From positions 1 through 60,979 of the IMG/VR virus record IMGVR_UViG_3300027904_000002: DNA of 60,979 nt. One strand, given 5' to 3'. Source of the stretch: a virus. Both the position numbers and the translations under genes were made by a program. The notes under the pieces were generated by a model. The model saw nothing but the letters and a program-made list of their open reading frames with translations. It did no database searches and had not been told where the DNA came from. Below are positions 36,624 through 44,306 of this stretch, piece by piece (the first letter of the stretch is position 1; every line of letters starts with the position of its first letter).

Positions 36624-36755
36624 CGGTATTGCAAACATGATAACGCCATGTTGCCGACAGATGTTGTTATAGCCTTATTGGTTTTAACGGTTCAGTAGCT
36701 TTTGGATGGCGTTATCGTCCAAAAAGTTACTGAATTTTATTTTAGGGGCGTACAA

Positions 36756-36998
36756 ATGGCAACAGAGAAATCTTGCAAAATGGAAAAGTGTTTGGACACT
36801 TCCACCTACTTTGACAAGTTGATAATAACGTCCGAAGCGTTTAACAACGTCAGTTACGAAATCAAGGGTGACGCTATTCAGCTACTTGTTTGGTTACATG
36901 GTGCTAAAGACCCTATTAAATTGCCTATGAGGTTTGGGGATTGTCTTGTTTTATGTGATGAAATGTCTGAAATTGTGAGGGAGTGGCGGTATTTGTGA
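36756..36998 (+). CDS. Hypothetical small protein
   Basis: ATG 36756 (MATEKSCKMEK...) within ORF 36702..36998. Confidence 0.6.
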   Translation: MATEKSCKMEKCLDTSTYFDKLIITSEAFNNVSYEIKGDAIQLLVWLHGAKDPIKLPMRFGDCLVLCDEMSEIVREWRYL

Positions 36999-37194
36999 GC
37001 CAATTTACTTTTGATATGTATAGCAAAGAACGGTTTATCAAAGTCACAACTATACAAAACCGCCGGAAACTCAATCTGCTGCGGAGTGCTTGAAGCTATA
37101 TTCAAACAGATGTTACCAGACGAAAGGAGCAACCCATGCTAACAATGACCCTTATTGAAAAAAGCGAACTCACTTGTGCGTTTGGAGGTAGATT

Positions 37195-37395
37195 ATGAAC
37201 AAAGGTATTAAAAAGCAAATAAAAAAAGCAAGAGAAAATGTTTTGAACGAGATACATACACAAAGCAGAAGTCATGTTCAGCGTGGGTTGTCTACTGAGG
37301 GTTACGCAGGTGGCTATTTAGACGCTTTAACTGATGTTGAATTAGCTTTAAACGGCGTTTATAACAACAATAGCAGATATTGGGTGAAAGAATAA
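37195..37395 (+). CDS. Hypothetical small protein
   Basis: 66-aa ORF with ggaggtagatt immediately upstream of its ATG. Confidence 0.65.
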   Translation: MNKGIKKQIKKARENVLNEIHTQSRSHVQRGLSTEGYAGGYLDALTDVELALNGVYNNNSRYWVKE

Positions 37396-37438
37396 CCCTC
37401 GCCCACGCAATAGTAAAAAATATTTAGGGAGTGTAAAT

Positions 37439-37705
37439 ATGTTGATAGATGAATTAGAACAGACAAGCAATTATCACGATTTAAGTATAGAGCTTGAAAG
37501 GGAAAACGCTCAACTCAAAATAAAGTTGGAGTTGGCACTCGCTGATTTAAAATTGATTTGCAGCAGTAAATACGGTGACGGTTGCGAATTTTGCCTTTAC
37601 GAAAATGATAAAGAAAAGATAGAAACTGTTTGTGTTTTATGCAATGAATATCACGATAAGTGGGTCTGGCGTGGCATGAAAGATAGTGAGGTAAAAACCC
37701 CATGA
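37439..37705 (+). CDS. Hypothetical coiled-coil/Cys protein
   Basis: 88-aa ORF preceded by an SD (agggagtg). Confidence 0.65.
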   Translation: MLIDELEQTSNYHDLSIELERENAQLKIKLELALADLKLICSSKYGDGCEFCLYENDKEKIETVCVLCNEYHDKWVWRGMKDSEVKTP

Positions 37706-37833
37706 ACAACAATGAAAAAATAAAAGCGTGTTTGCTTTATTGCGAAATTTGTAAAGGCACATTTATTTCTGTTATGGATGAACAGATTTGCGAATGGTGT
37801 AAAATTGCCAGAGCAAGACACACCGAAAATTAA
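37702..37833 (+). CDS. Small zinc-ribbon-like ORF (43 aa)
   Basis: The ATG overlaps the upstream stop. CLLYCEICKG...CEWCK. SD gaggt lies 9 nt upstream. Below the ORF-track cutoff. Confidence 0.45.
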   Translation: MNNNEKIKACLLYCEICKGTFISVMDEQICEWCKIARARHTEN

Positions 37834-37872
37834 CGCTTGCAAATTGCAAGAGGGATAGGGGAGAAATGAATA

Positions 37873-38067
37873 ATGAAATGTCCATACAGGATAAAAACAA
37901 CAAGGTATAATAATACAAATAATACTGGATTTTATGAAGTGCAAGAGTGGTGTTTGTGTATTCAAGAGGATTGTATGTTTTATAAACCACAAGATAAAAG
38001 AGAGCAACATCGTGAACAATACCATTGTCAAAAAGCACTTTTAGAAAGTTATATAATTTTAGATTAA
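37873..38067 (+). CDS. Hypothetical Cys-rich small protein
   Basis: 64-aa ORF, SD ggggagaaatgaat. Confidence 0.55.
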   Translation: MKCPYRIKTTRYNNTNNTGFYEVQEWCLCIQEDCMFYKPQDKREQHREQYHCQKALLESYIILD

Positions 38068-38118
38068 CAAACAACCAGATATGGAAAAATAGGTCTTGAC
38101 AAAGGAGGATATAAAAAC

Positions 38119-38325
38119 ATGTTAGAATTTGTTTTAATTGACAAAAAAGGTAAAGAAGTAGAATGGATTGACCCTGTTGTTAACATTGTTATTGATGAAA
38201 ACACAATAAAAGTATATAACGGATTTAATAATGTTTATGATTTTAAAATTCATGGCTATAAGTGTTTGCATTGGGATGAAGATAAATTCGGTGAATTTGA
38301 TTTTGTATTAAGAATCAAAAAATAA
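38119..38325 (+). CDS. Hypothetical small protein
   Basis: 68-aa ORF, SD aaggagg. Confidence 0.65.
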   Translation: MLEFVLIDKKGKEVEWIDPVVNIVIDENTIKVYNGFNNVYDFKIHGYKCLHWDEDKFGEFDFVLRIKK

Positions 38326-38350
38326 ATAACTAAATATAGTATTTTGGGTG

Positions 38351-38379
38351 TTGACAAACACTATATATCGTGGTAATAT
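38351..38379 (+). promoter_or_regulatory. Consensus-like promoter ahead of the Lar-like gene
   Basis: TTGACA (38351-38356), 17 nt, TAATAT (38374-38379). Confidence 0.7.
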
Positions 38380-38496
38380 ACTCTTACGAGTGCTACCGTG
38401 ATATGCTTGTATGTTAGTGGCAACACTTTCAAAATAAATAGCAAAACGACTCGGACGGTAGCACGTTAATGGGTCGTTTTACTTTGCGGAGATATT

Positions 38497-38673
38497 ATGA
38501 CAGAATTAAAGCCTTGTAAAAAATGCGGTGGCGAACCTAAATCATCTTCACATAAACCAATGTACAGAACTAAGTTTTTCGTTTATTGCTTAAATTGCAA
38601 TTATTCAACTCATAGATACCACGATAAAGAACAAGAAGCTATGGACACATGGAATCAAACCATGTCTAAATAG
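38497..38673 (+). CDS. Lar-family restriction-alleviation-like protein (58 aa)
   Basis: MTELKPCKKCGGEP...FFVYCLNCNYST...EQEAMDTWNQ fits the Lar pattern (LKPCPFCGG ... C..C ... eA...WN). Below the ORF-track cutoff. Confidence 0.65.
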   Translation: MTELKPCKKCGGEPKSSSHKPMYRTKFFVYCLNCNYSTHRYHDKEQEAMDTWNQTMSK

Positions 38674-39074
38674 CTTTTTTATTTTTTAATTAAATATTGT
38701 TGCGGTTTCTATGCAATCGTTCCGCTCGCAAAAAACGATTAGGTTAGTAGCAACCAAAGCTAATTGAAAAAAGCTACAAAAGAGTTTTTCCGATTACTCT
38801 ATAAACAAATAACGGGGGCGGTACTTGTTTCAGTTTTTAACTGAGGGCATTTACTGAAAGTGATTCCGTAGGGCGCAAGAGCGGAACATAGTCACTTTTA
38901 GACTTTATGACGGGGCGATTCCGTACGGCGTGATAAAGGTTTGTCCGCTTCGTGCGGGCAACCTATAATCAAAAGCTCAAACCGTTAGCGTAAAACAATT
39001 ACAAACAACCAAAACTACCTAAACTTAAATAATATATAATAAAAACTCACATGATGTTTATAGAAAAAATTTTA
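38674..39074 (+). ncRNA. Candidate ~400-nt structured non-coding RNA / long 3' UTR
   Basis: No ORF of at least 60 aa on either strand. GC-rich islands form many local helices: aatcgtt/aacgatt, tcagtt/aactga competing with tttcagt/actgaaa, agtgattccg/cggaa..tcact, and gtccgc-ttcgt-gcgggc. The region is bounded by a promoter upstream and a terminator downstream. Confidence 0.45.
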
Positions 39075-39113
39075 AGCCCTTATTAGCTTTATTTAGCTGA
39101 TAGGGGCTTTTTG
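39075..39113 (+). terminator. Rho-independent terminator of the Lar/ncRNA transcript
   Basis: Stem agcccttat (39075-39083) / ataggggct (39100-39108) with one G-U pair, then ttttg. Confidence 0.65.
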
Positions 39114-39261
39114 TCGTTATACCAAAAAAAAATTAGCCATACGTTACTAACATAACTATACAACTACACAAAACGAAAGAGCCTACAATAAGCAGACTCA
39201 ATCTCAGCTAATATACATCTTGGTTATATCAGTCGACTATCACGAAAAATCAAGTTCCACG

Positions 39262-39313
39262 ATAGTAATATATGAGTAGGTTAAAAAACCAAATCACACT
39301 ATAGTAATATATG
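39262..39313. repeat. Two copies of the 13-bp direct repeat atagtaatatatg
   Basis: Exact copies at 39262-39274 and 39301-39313, just downstream of terS. Confidence 0.8.
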
Positions 39314-39405
39314 TAGAGGGATTTGCGATTCCAGACCACTACATAGGGTGGTAGGGGAGGGTGTCCACCACCACATCTTGACAATTAAACAAACACCCAT
39401 TTTGT

Positions 39406-39909
39406 TCAATTGGTCTCTTCTGGCTTGCAATCGGTATCTCCCGAACCGATTGTTATCTTGTTTAACACTTCATCAAGTTTATTGATAGCTTCAGCGATGC
39501 CGGAGTCATCTTGTTGTTGAGCGGGGAGTTTGTAACCATGATTTGACATCCACATGCCGTGTAACCGTGTATCAATAGCACCCTGTTCAAATCTCATACG
39601 TGCATTGAGTTCACACTCTTTGTGCATACGTGTAACAGTTTCAAGAAACTCGGCTTCATTGTTAGTCATATAGGTTTCATTAAAAGCCTGTTCTGATATG
39701 TCGTTATGTATACAGAAACCACCGATTGTATAAGTTATCGGGGCAGGAACGTCTTGTGTAAAGAACTGACCTAAACGTTGACTAAATTCTGTACGTGGTT
39801 TAGTCATATTATCACAGTAATGTTTATATTCATTCCATTTTAATAATAGGTCATCCGATGTTTTAAATACTCTAGGACGACCTATTTTATTATTAGCTTT
39901 ATTACTCAT
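39406..39909 (-). CDS. terS: Terminase small subunit
   Basis: 167 aa. N-terminal IGRPRVFKTSDDLLLKWNEYKHYC and PITYTIGGFCIHNDISEQAFNETY (HTH), later FEQGAIDTRLHGMWMSNHGYK. This is the typical TerS pattern. Confidence 0.7.
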   Translation of the reverse strand: MSNKANNKIGRPRVFKTSDDLLLKWNEYKHYCDNMTKPRTEFSQRLGQFFTQDVPAPITYTIGGFCIHNDISEQAFNETYMTNNEAEFLETVTRMHKECELNARMRFEQGAIDTRLHGMWMSNHGYKLPAQQQDDSGIAEAINKLDEVLNKITIGSGDTDCKPEETN

Positions 39910-40046
39910 GTTATATCATTCCTTATTATGGGATATTGCTATAACTCAATATTTTACGTTCTGCGGGCATTTTATTATCCTAGTAGTATTGTTTATGCCC
40001 GGCATTTTACACGCTGTTTAGAACGCCGTTATTTGCGTCATATGAG

Positions 40047-40076
40047 ATTGTACCACATCATCATATTTTTTGTCAA
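40047..40076 (-). promoter_or_regulatory. Promoter of terS
   Basis: On the minus strand: TTGACA (40076-40071), 18 nt, TGgTACAAT (-10 at 40052-40047). A ~130-nt leader follows. Confidence 0.65.
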
Positions 40077-40099
40077 TATATAGTGTATTAAGTTAGTGT
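40070..40099 (+). promoter_or_regulatory. Early promoter candidate with a TAGTGT -10 element, back-to-back with the terS promoter
   Basis: TTGTCA (40070-40075), 18 nt, TAGTGT (40094-40099). Its -35 shares bases with the minus-strand -35. Confidence 0.4.
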
Positions 40100-40389
40100 A
40101 AATTGTCATTTTGGCAGTTTTTTGTCTATATGTTGTGTTTTTAGCCATTTTGACACACGTGGGTACGTTGTTATGTCACTCCATTTTGTAGAAAATAAGT
40201 GTTGCAATCTGTGTTTGTTTGTGGTAGGGTATGTATACAAAGTAGAAAACACAATTAAATATCAGAGTCATTATACTGTACATCAAGACTATAAAAAGAA
40301 GTACGGTGCAGGACACACCGAAACTATTAAAAAAATGTCCGTGAGTTATGAACAGAATGTTATAGTATGGCAATATAGAAAGTGAGATT

Positions 40390-40599
40390 ATGACTATGAA
40401 TAATAATAGTTTATGGAATAAATTAGTTGATGACAAACAATGCCGCGAATATTGTGAAAAATGTGCTTTTAATGCCGGAAAAGGTAGATGTGCAGCATTA
40501 AAAGATTCTACACGGGATTATAAATGTAAAATATGTAATATACATCATTGTTTCAAAACATTAAATAACGATAATATATGCTTAACTTGTGCAAGCTAA
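40390..40599 (+). CDS. Cys-rich small protein
   Basis: 69-aa ORF containing CREYCEKC, CKICNIHHC and CLTC. Confidence 0.6.
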   Translation: MTMNNNSLWNKLVDDKQCREYCEKCAFNAGKGRCAALKDSTRDYKCKICNIHHCFKTLNNDNICLTCAS

Positions 40600-40666
40600 C
40601 AACAAATAACCATACTATAACATTGTGTTTATAACACTAAAATAAAATACGATTGGAGATACTACA

Positions 40667-40861
40667 ATGTTTTTAACTTATGACGAAAGATGTATTATTG
40701 CAAATTTAATCTATGATAGGGGATATCATAATATTCCATTAAACGGTATTTGCCCGTTTTTTATGGGATATATTGTAAATCGTGATGCCTACAGTGATTA
40801 TAACGAGATGTATAACGATATCGCAAATGATTATATCATAACAATTTATAAAGCAGCTTAA
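40667..40861 (+). CDS. Hypothetical small protein
   Basis: 64-aa ORF, SD ggagatactaca. Confidence 0.6.
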   Translation: MFLTYDERCIIANLIYDRGYHNIPLNGICPFFMGYIVNRDAYSDYNEMYNDIANDYIITIYKAA

Positions 40862-40890
40862 TTGACTGTTAGTGTACACTTCCATAGTGT
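40862..40890 (+). promoter_or_regulatory. Promoter candidate with a TAGTGT -10 element
   Basis: TTGACT (40862-40867), 17 nt, TAGTGT (40885-40890). The 9-mer tagtgtaca occurs twice (40870, 40885). Confidence 0.45.
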
Positions 40891-40940
40891 ACATTATAGA
40901 GTTAATTAACTCTTATTATTTAAAAAGGACGGGTAAAATT

Positions 40941-41384
40941 ATGAGCATCAATTATTATGCAGAGCTAAACGGACGTTATAGAACAAAAAGTAAATTCAAT
41001 TCGGAGTATATCAGAACGCAGGTAAATTGTGAGGAGTATATGGCAATCCATAGCAGAACAGAAACCGCAGAAATACTTGACATGATAAAATGGGTTAAAT
41101 GGGTATTGAAACAAAATGACGGACGTATAGCATTAAATGAACGCCTTGACAATGTATATCACACACTTCCGGCAATATTAACAATCAACCGTGAATATAT
41201 GAACGGGAAAGAAGTTTTAGTTTACCGCGACTGGCTTGACTATAATGGGCGCAAGGTTGACAGGGATGACGGACGTGAAATCAAACTATCAGATATTGAC
41301 AGTCTTATTGTTAAAGCAATCGACCGCAGGAAACGTCAAGTTGATAACATGATACAAGAGGAGTCTAAAAATCAATCAGCATAA
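40941..41384 (+). CDS. Hypothetical protein
   Basis: ATG 40941 follows aaaaggacgggtaaaatt. It lies within ORF 40872..41384. Confidence 0.65.
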   Translation: MSINYYAELNGRYRTKSKFNSEYIRTQVNCEEYMAIHSRTETAEILDMIKWVKWVLKQNDGRIALNERLDNVYHTLPAILTINREYMNGKEVLVYRDWLDYNGRKVDRDDGREIKLSDIDSLIVKAIDRRKRQVDNMIQEESKNQSA

Positions 41385-41406
41385 CAAAGTTAAGGAGTAT
41401 TTTATC

Positions 41407-41676
41407 ATGCAAGGTAAAATTATAGCAAAGTTTTACGATAAATTTGTCAATGCATTTTTCGAAGTTTTTGAAAATTTAGAAGATGCCGAAAAAGTTAGTA
41501 ATAGCGATTATGAATTACGGTATTACGTTACTGTAAATGTCACAAATAAACAAGCAGAAGGATACTTAAAAAGAATAAGAGGACACAATGCGGAGCAAAG
41601 ATGGCTTGCATATCTGTATAAACTTAATATTGACAATGAAGTTTGCGTTAAAAAATACACAAAAAGAAACGTTTAG
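41407..41676 (+). CDS. Hypothetical protein
   Basis: 89-aa ORF, SD aaggag. Confidence 0.65.
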   Translation: MQGKIIAKFYDKFVNAFFEVFENLEDAEKVSNSDYELRYYVTVNVTNKQAEGYLKRIRGHNAEQRWLAYLYKLNIDNEVCVKKYTKRNV

Positions 41677-41693
41677 CATACTTTAAGCCGATA

Positions 41694-41720
41694 TTGACTA
41701 TAATATCGGCTTGATAGTGT
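41694..41720 (+). promoter_or_regulatory. Promoter candidate with a TAGTGT -10 element (within or after a hairpin)
   Basis: TTGACT (41694-41699), 15 nt, TAGTGT (41715-41720). It overlaps the 11-bp hairpin aagccgatatt/aatatcggctt. Confidence 0.35.
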
Positions 41721-41770
41721 ATTAAACACTACCAACAAATATTATAATATATACAAGGAGATTTAAGGCA

Positions 41771-42160
41771 ATGGAAAGAACATTATATCTATCTGAGGAA
41801 TTTAAAGAGTACAGAAAAACACTTCATAAAATCGGCATGGACGGTTATGACCTCGACACGTTAGACAATGGAAAGTATGAAATAACACTTATTGAAAACA
41901 GATACGAAAAGTTAGGACGTAAACACTTCCCGAAAAATCCTACAACAACAGAAACGTCACAAATAACCGCCCGTCAATACGCTTGTTATATAACTTCTAT
42001 CGGATTTTTTAGGGATAGAGTAGTTAAAGGTTATACGGCAGCCGGAAATATCGTCACCCGTTTAACTTGTCAAAATCCCGATAAAACGCTAAAGGTTGAG
42101 CGGATATTCAGAATAAAATATAATCCCGATGCAGAATATAAAATAATCAAAACAGCTTAA
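41771..42160 (+). CDS. Hypothetical protein
   Basis: 129-aa ORF, SD aaggagatttaaggca. Confidence 0.65.
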   Translation: MERTLYLSEEFKEYRKTLHKIGMDGYDLDTLDNGKYEITLIENRYEKLGRKHFPKNPTTTETSQITARQYACYITSIGFFRDRVVKGYTAAGNIVTRLTCQNPDKTLKVERIFRIKYNPDAEYKIIKTA

Positions 42161-42162
42161 TA

Positions 42163-42189
42163 TTGCTAAAGTACACTAATTGTTAGTGT
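42163..42189 (+). promoter_or_regulatory. Promoter candidate with a TAGTGT -10 element
   Basis: TTGCTA (42163-42168), 15 nt, TAGTGT (42184-42189). It is embedded in the 11-bp inverted repeat aagtacactaa/ttagtgtactt. Confidence 0.35.
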
Positions 42190-42238
42190 ACTTCATGAAG
42201 TATTAAACAACACAAAATATTATAAAGGAGTTATCAGC

Positions 42239-42454
42239 ATGAAACGACAACAAGGCGAATTAGTAAAAATTCAAACTGAAAACGGGGAACAATACGGCGT
42301 TATTATGTATCAAGTAGGCGTAAACGGACGGTACAACAATAAAACCGGACGGCGTGACGGACGTTGCCGGAAAGTAGAAAAAACAGTTTATTCAATCTAT
42401 GTTAAAGGTGACGGCGAATATCGCCGGACTTCTGACAAAATCAAATCAGCATAA
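42239..42454 (+). CDS. Hypothetical basic small protein
   Basis: 71-aa ORF, SD aaaggag. Confidence 0.65.
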   Translation: MKRQQGELVKIQTENGEQYGVIMYQVGVNGRYNNKTGRRDGRCRKVEKTVYSIYVKGDGEYRRTSDKIKSA

Positions 42455-42520
42455 ACAAAATCAGCAGTCAAGGCGGTTAATCCCGCCTACGCTGCTACAC
42501 TATGAAAGGGGTTATAACAG

Positions 42521-42664
42521 ATGAAAAAATATATAGTCAATTACACTTCAAACAATGGTGAAAAAAATCAATGTGTCATTAAAGCTGATAATATGGATGC
42601 AGTTATAGAAATATGGGCGTTAACTCATTGTGGAGTTATAACAAGCATTAAACCTATTCAATAA
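42521..42664 (+). CDS. Small ORF (47 aa)
   Basis: ATG 42521 follows gaaagggg (MKKYIVNYTSNNGEKNQCVIKADNMDAVIEIW...). Below the ORF-track cutoff. Confidence 0.45.
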   Translation: MKKYIVNYTSNNGEKNQCVIKADNMDAVIEIWALTHCGVITSIKPIQ

Positions 42665-42694
42665 CTATACTAAACTAAAGGATATAAAAAGACT

Positions 42695-42925
42695 ATGAAT
42701 TTAAAATATAAACGCATAAAAGACAATGACGGATATGTAAAATCTTATATAAACATTCAATACGATATTGAAATTATTTTAGAGTATGGCAGTTTTACAA
42801 ATAATGTGCCAGTAGGATATACATTACACATTAACGGAAACGAAAAAAATTCATACCAAACCTTAAAAGAAGCTAAAGAAATGGCAATATATTATTTAAT
42901 CAATGAAAGGGGTATAAAACTATGA
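42695..42925 (+). CDS. Hypothetical small protein
   Basis: 76-aa ORF. Confidence 0.6.
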   Translation: MNLKYKRIKDNDGYVKSYINIQYDIEIILEYGSFTNNVPVGYTLHINGNEKNSYQTLKEAKEMAIYYLINERGIKL

Positions 42926-43179
42926 TAACCGCAAGAACACCATTAAAACCATATGAACAAGACTTTTATGGACTTTTAAACGATTATGATATGTTATCGC
43001 TAAAATATGAAGGTCATTACGAAAATTGTACCAAAAAAGATTGCAAAAATTGCCGAGCAGATACAAGGCTTATACAAGAAAAATCATGCAAACATTTTGA
43101 ACGTGAATTACTTGAAATCGAAAAAGAATATAAAAAAATATCATACATAGAGGATTATAAAGGAGTTAAAGTATCATGA
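42922..43179 (+). CDS. Hypothetical small protein
   Basis: 85-aa ORF with a 4-nt overlap with the upstream gene. Confidence 0.65.
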   Translation: MITARTPLKPYEQDFYGLLNDYDMLSLKYEGHYENCTKKDCKNCRADTRLIQEKSCKHFERELLEIEKEYKKISYIEDYKGVKVS

Positions 43180-43538
43180 TTATTGATTTAATATTAGACC
43201 GTAAAGACGGCGACAATTACAATGCACACGAATTTTTAGAGGGAATCAAGCGATATAATGAAACTTTTGACGGAATCGGCGAGGAAATAATAACCGCATT
43301 TAACTCTAAAAACGGTTATAGCATTAAACGAGCACTTGCAAAATACATAATTGACAATGATTATAACCTTGACATTATCAGCTATATAAATTCAGTTGAC
43401 TGGAATACACCGATAAACATTGAAATCACAGCATTAGAACTCAAAAACCTTATCGAAAACAAAAGGCAAATAACAAAAAATTGCGATATTTACAATGACG
43501 GTAAACTAATCGGTACATTTGTACCCACTGTAGCGTAA
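43176..43538 (+). CDS. Hypothetical protein
   Basis: 120-aa ORF with a 4-nt overlap with the upstream gene. Confidence 0.65.
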   Translation: MIIDLILDRKDGDNYNAHEFLEGIKRYNETFDGIGEEIITAFNSKNGYSIKRALAKYIIDNDYNLDIISYINSVDWNTPINIEITALELKNLIENKRQITKNCDIYNDGKLIGTFVPTVA

Positions 43539-43592
43539 ATAATACAATCTGTATTAACAACCATCAATTAACAAAAAGGAGATTATAAAACT

Positions 43593-43829
43593 ATGAGCAG
43601 TAACACAAAAAGTCAGTCCATGCAGAAAACATCATATCTACCAACATTTAAACACGGTAAAACCGTCAAAATGACATTTAACAAACTAATGGACTTTATC
43701 AATTCAGCATATACAACACTTGAAATTGATATGTTAGCCGAATTGTTAGAACTTGTAGAACTATCACCGCAGGAACGCAAACAAGCGGAAACAGCTTTTA
43801 ACAAGGTTATAAGAAACTATTTATACTAA
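43593..43829 (+). CDS. Hypothetical small protein
   Basis: 78-aa ORF, SD aaaggag. Confidence 0.65.
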   Translation: MSSNTKSQSMQKTSYLPTFKHGKTVKMTFNKLMDFINSAYTTLEIDMLAELLELVELSPQERKQAETAFNKVIRNYLY

Positions 43830-43836
43830 GAAAGGA

Positions 43837-44124
43837 TTGGTGATGACAATGTCAATTGTAGAACTTACAGAAACCGCTACCGAATACCGTATCATACAAG
43901 CAGAAATTAAAGAGTTAGAACAACAGCTAAACGAACTCAAACAGCAGTTGATTGCGGAAATGGATTCTCGGCAAGCGGAAAAAGTACAAGCGGGCGCATT
44001 TACAATAAGCTATGCACCCATAAGTCAAAACAAATTTGATTCCGCTTTATTCAAAAAGGAAAACCCCGAAACATACAATGCCTATCTTAAAAACAGCGTA
44101 TATTTGAGGTTTTCCGTAGCGTAA
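43837..44124 (+). CDS. Coiled-coil small protein upstream of the FtsK-like gene
   Basis: 95-aa ORF. EYRIIQAEIKELEQQLNELKQQLIAEM. Confidence 0.65.
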   Translation: MVMTMSIVELTETATEYRIIQAEIKELEQQLNELKQQLIAEMDSRQAEKVQAGAFTISYAPISQNKFDSALFKKENPETYNAYLKNSVYLRFSVA

Positions 44125-44178
44125 AAACAGTATAACAGATATTAACATAAATTACAAGACGTTAAATAACCGCTCTAA

Positions 44179-44253
44179 AATCGCCTACAATCGCATGAGC
44201 GTTTTGGTATATAGTTTATCGCATGAAATACTAAAACGCTCACACAGGCGATT
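44179..44253 (+). other. Two-tier 18-bp hairpin in the intergenic region before the FtsK-like gene
   Basis: The outer stem aatcgcct (44179-44186) / aggcgatt (44246-44253) encloses the inner stem tgagcgtttt (44196-44205) / aaaacgctca (44233-44242). Confidence 0.6.
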
Positions 44254-44306
44254 CTCGCAAGCCACAGACACATATAAACTAAAATATTATTATAGGAGTA
44301 ATTATT

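Noticed and set aside
37515-38074. Three overlapping minus-strand ORFs (65, 126 and 100 aa).
   Set aside because: They are antisense to SD-preceded plus-strand ORFs in a plus-strand transcription unit. Their products are hydrophobic low-complexity sequence.
40122-40436. Overlapping ORFs 40122..40385 (+) and 40176..40436 (-).
   Set aside because: Both lack a convincing SD or start, and each is the antisense of the other. The region lies just downstream of the candidate early promoter and may be a leader, so I left it unannotated.
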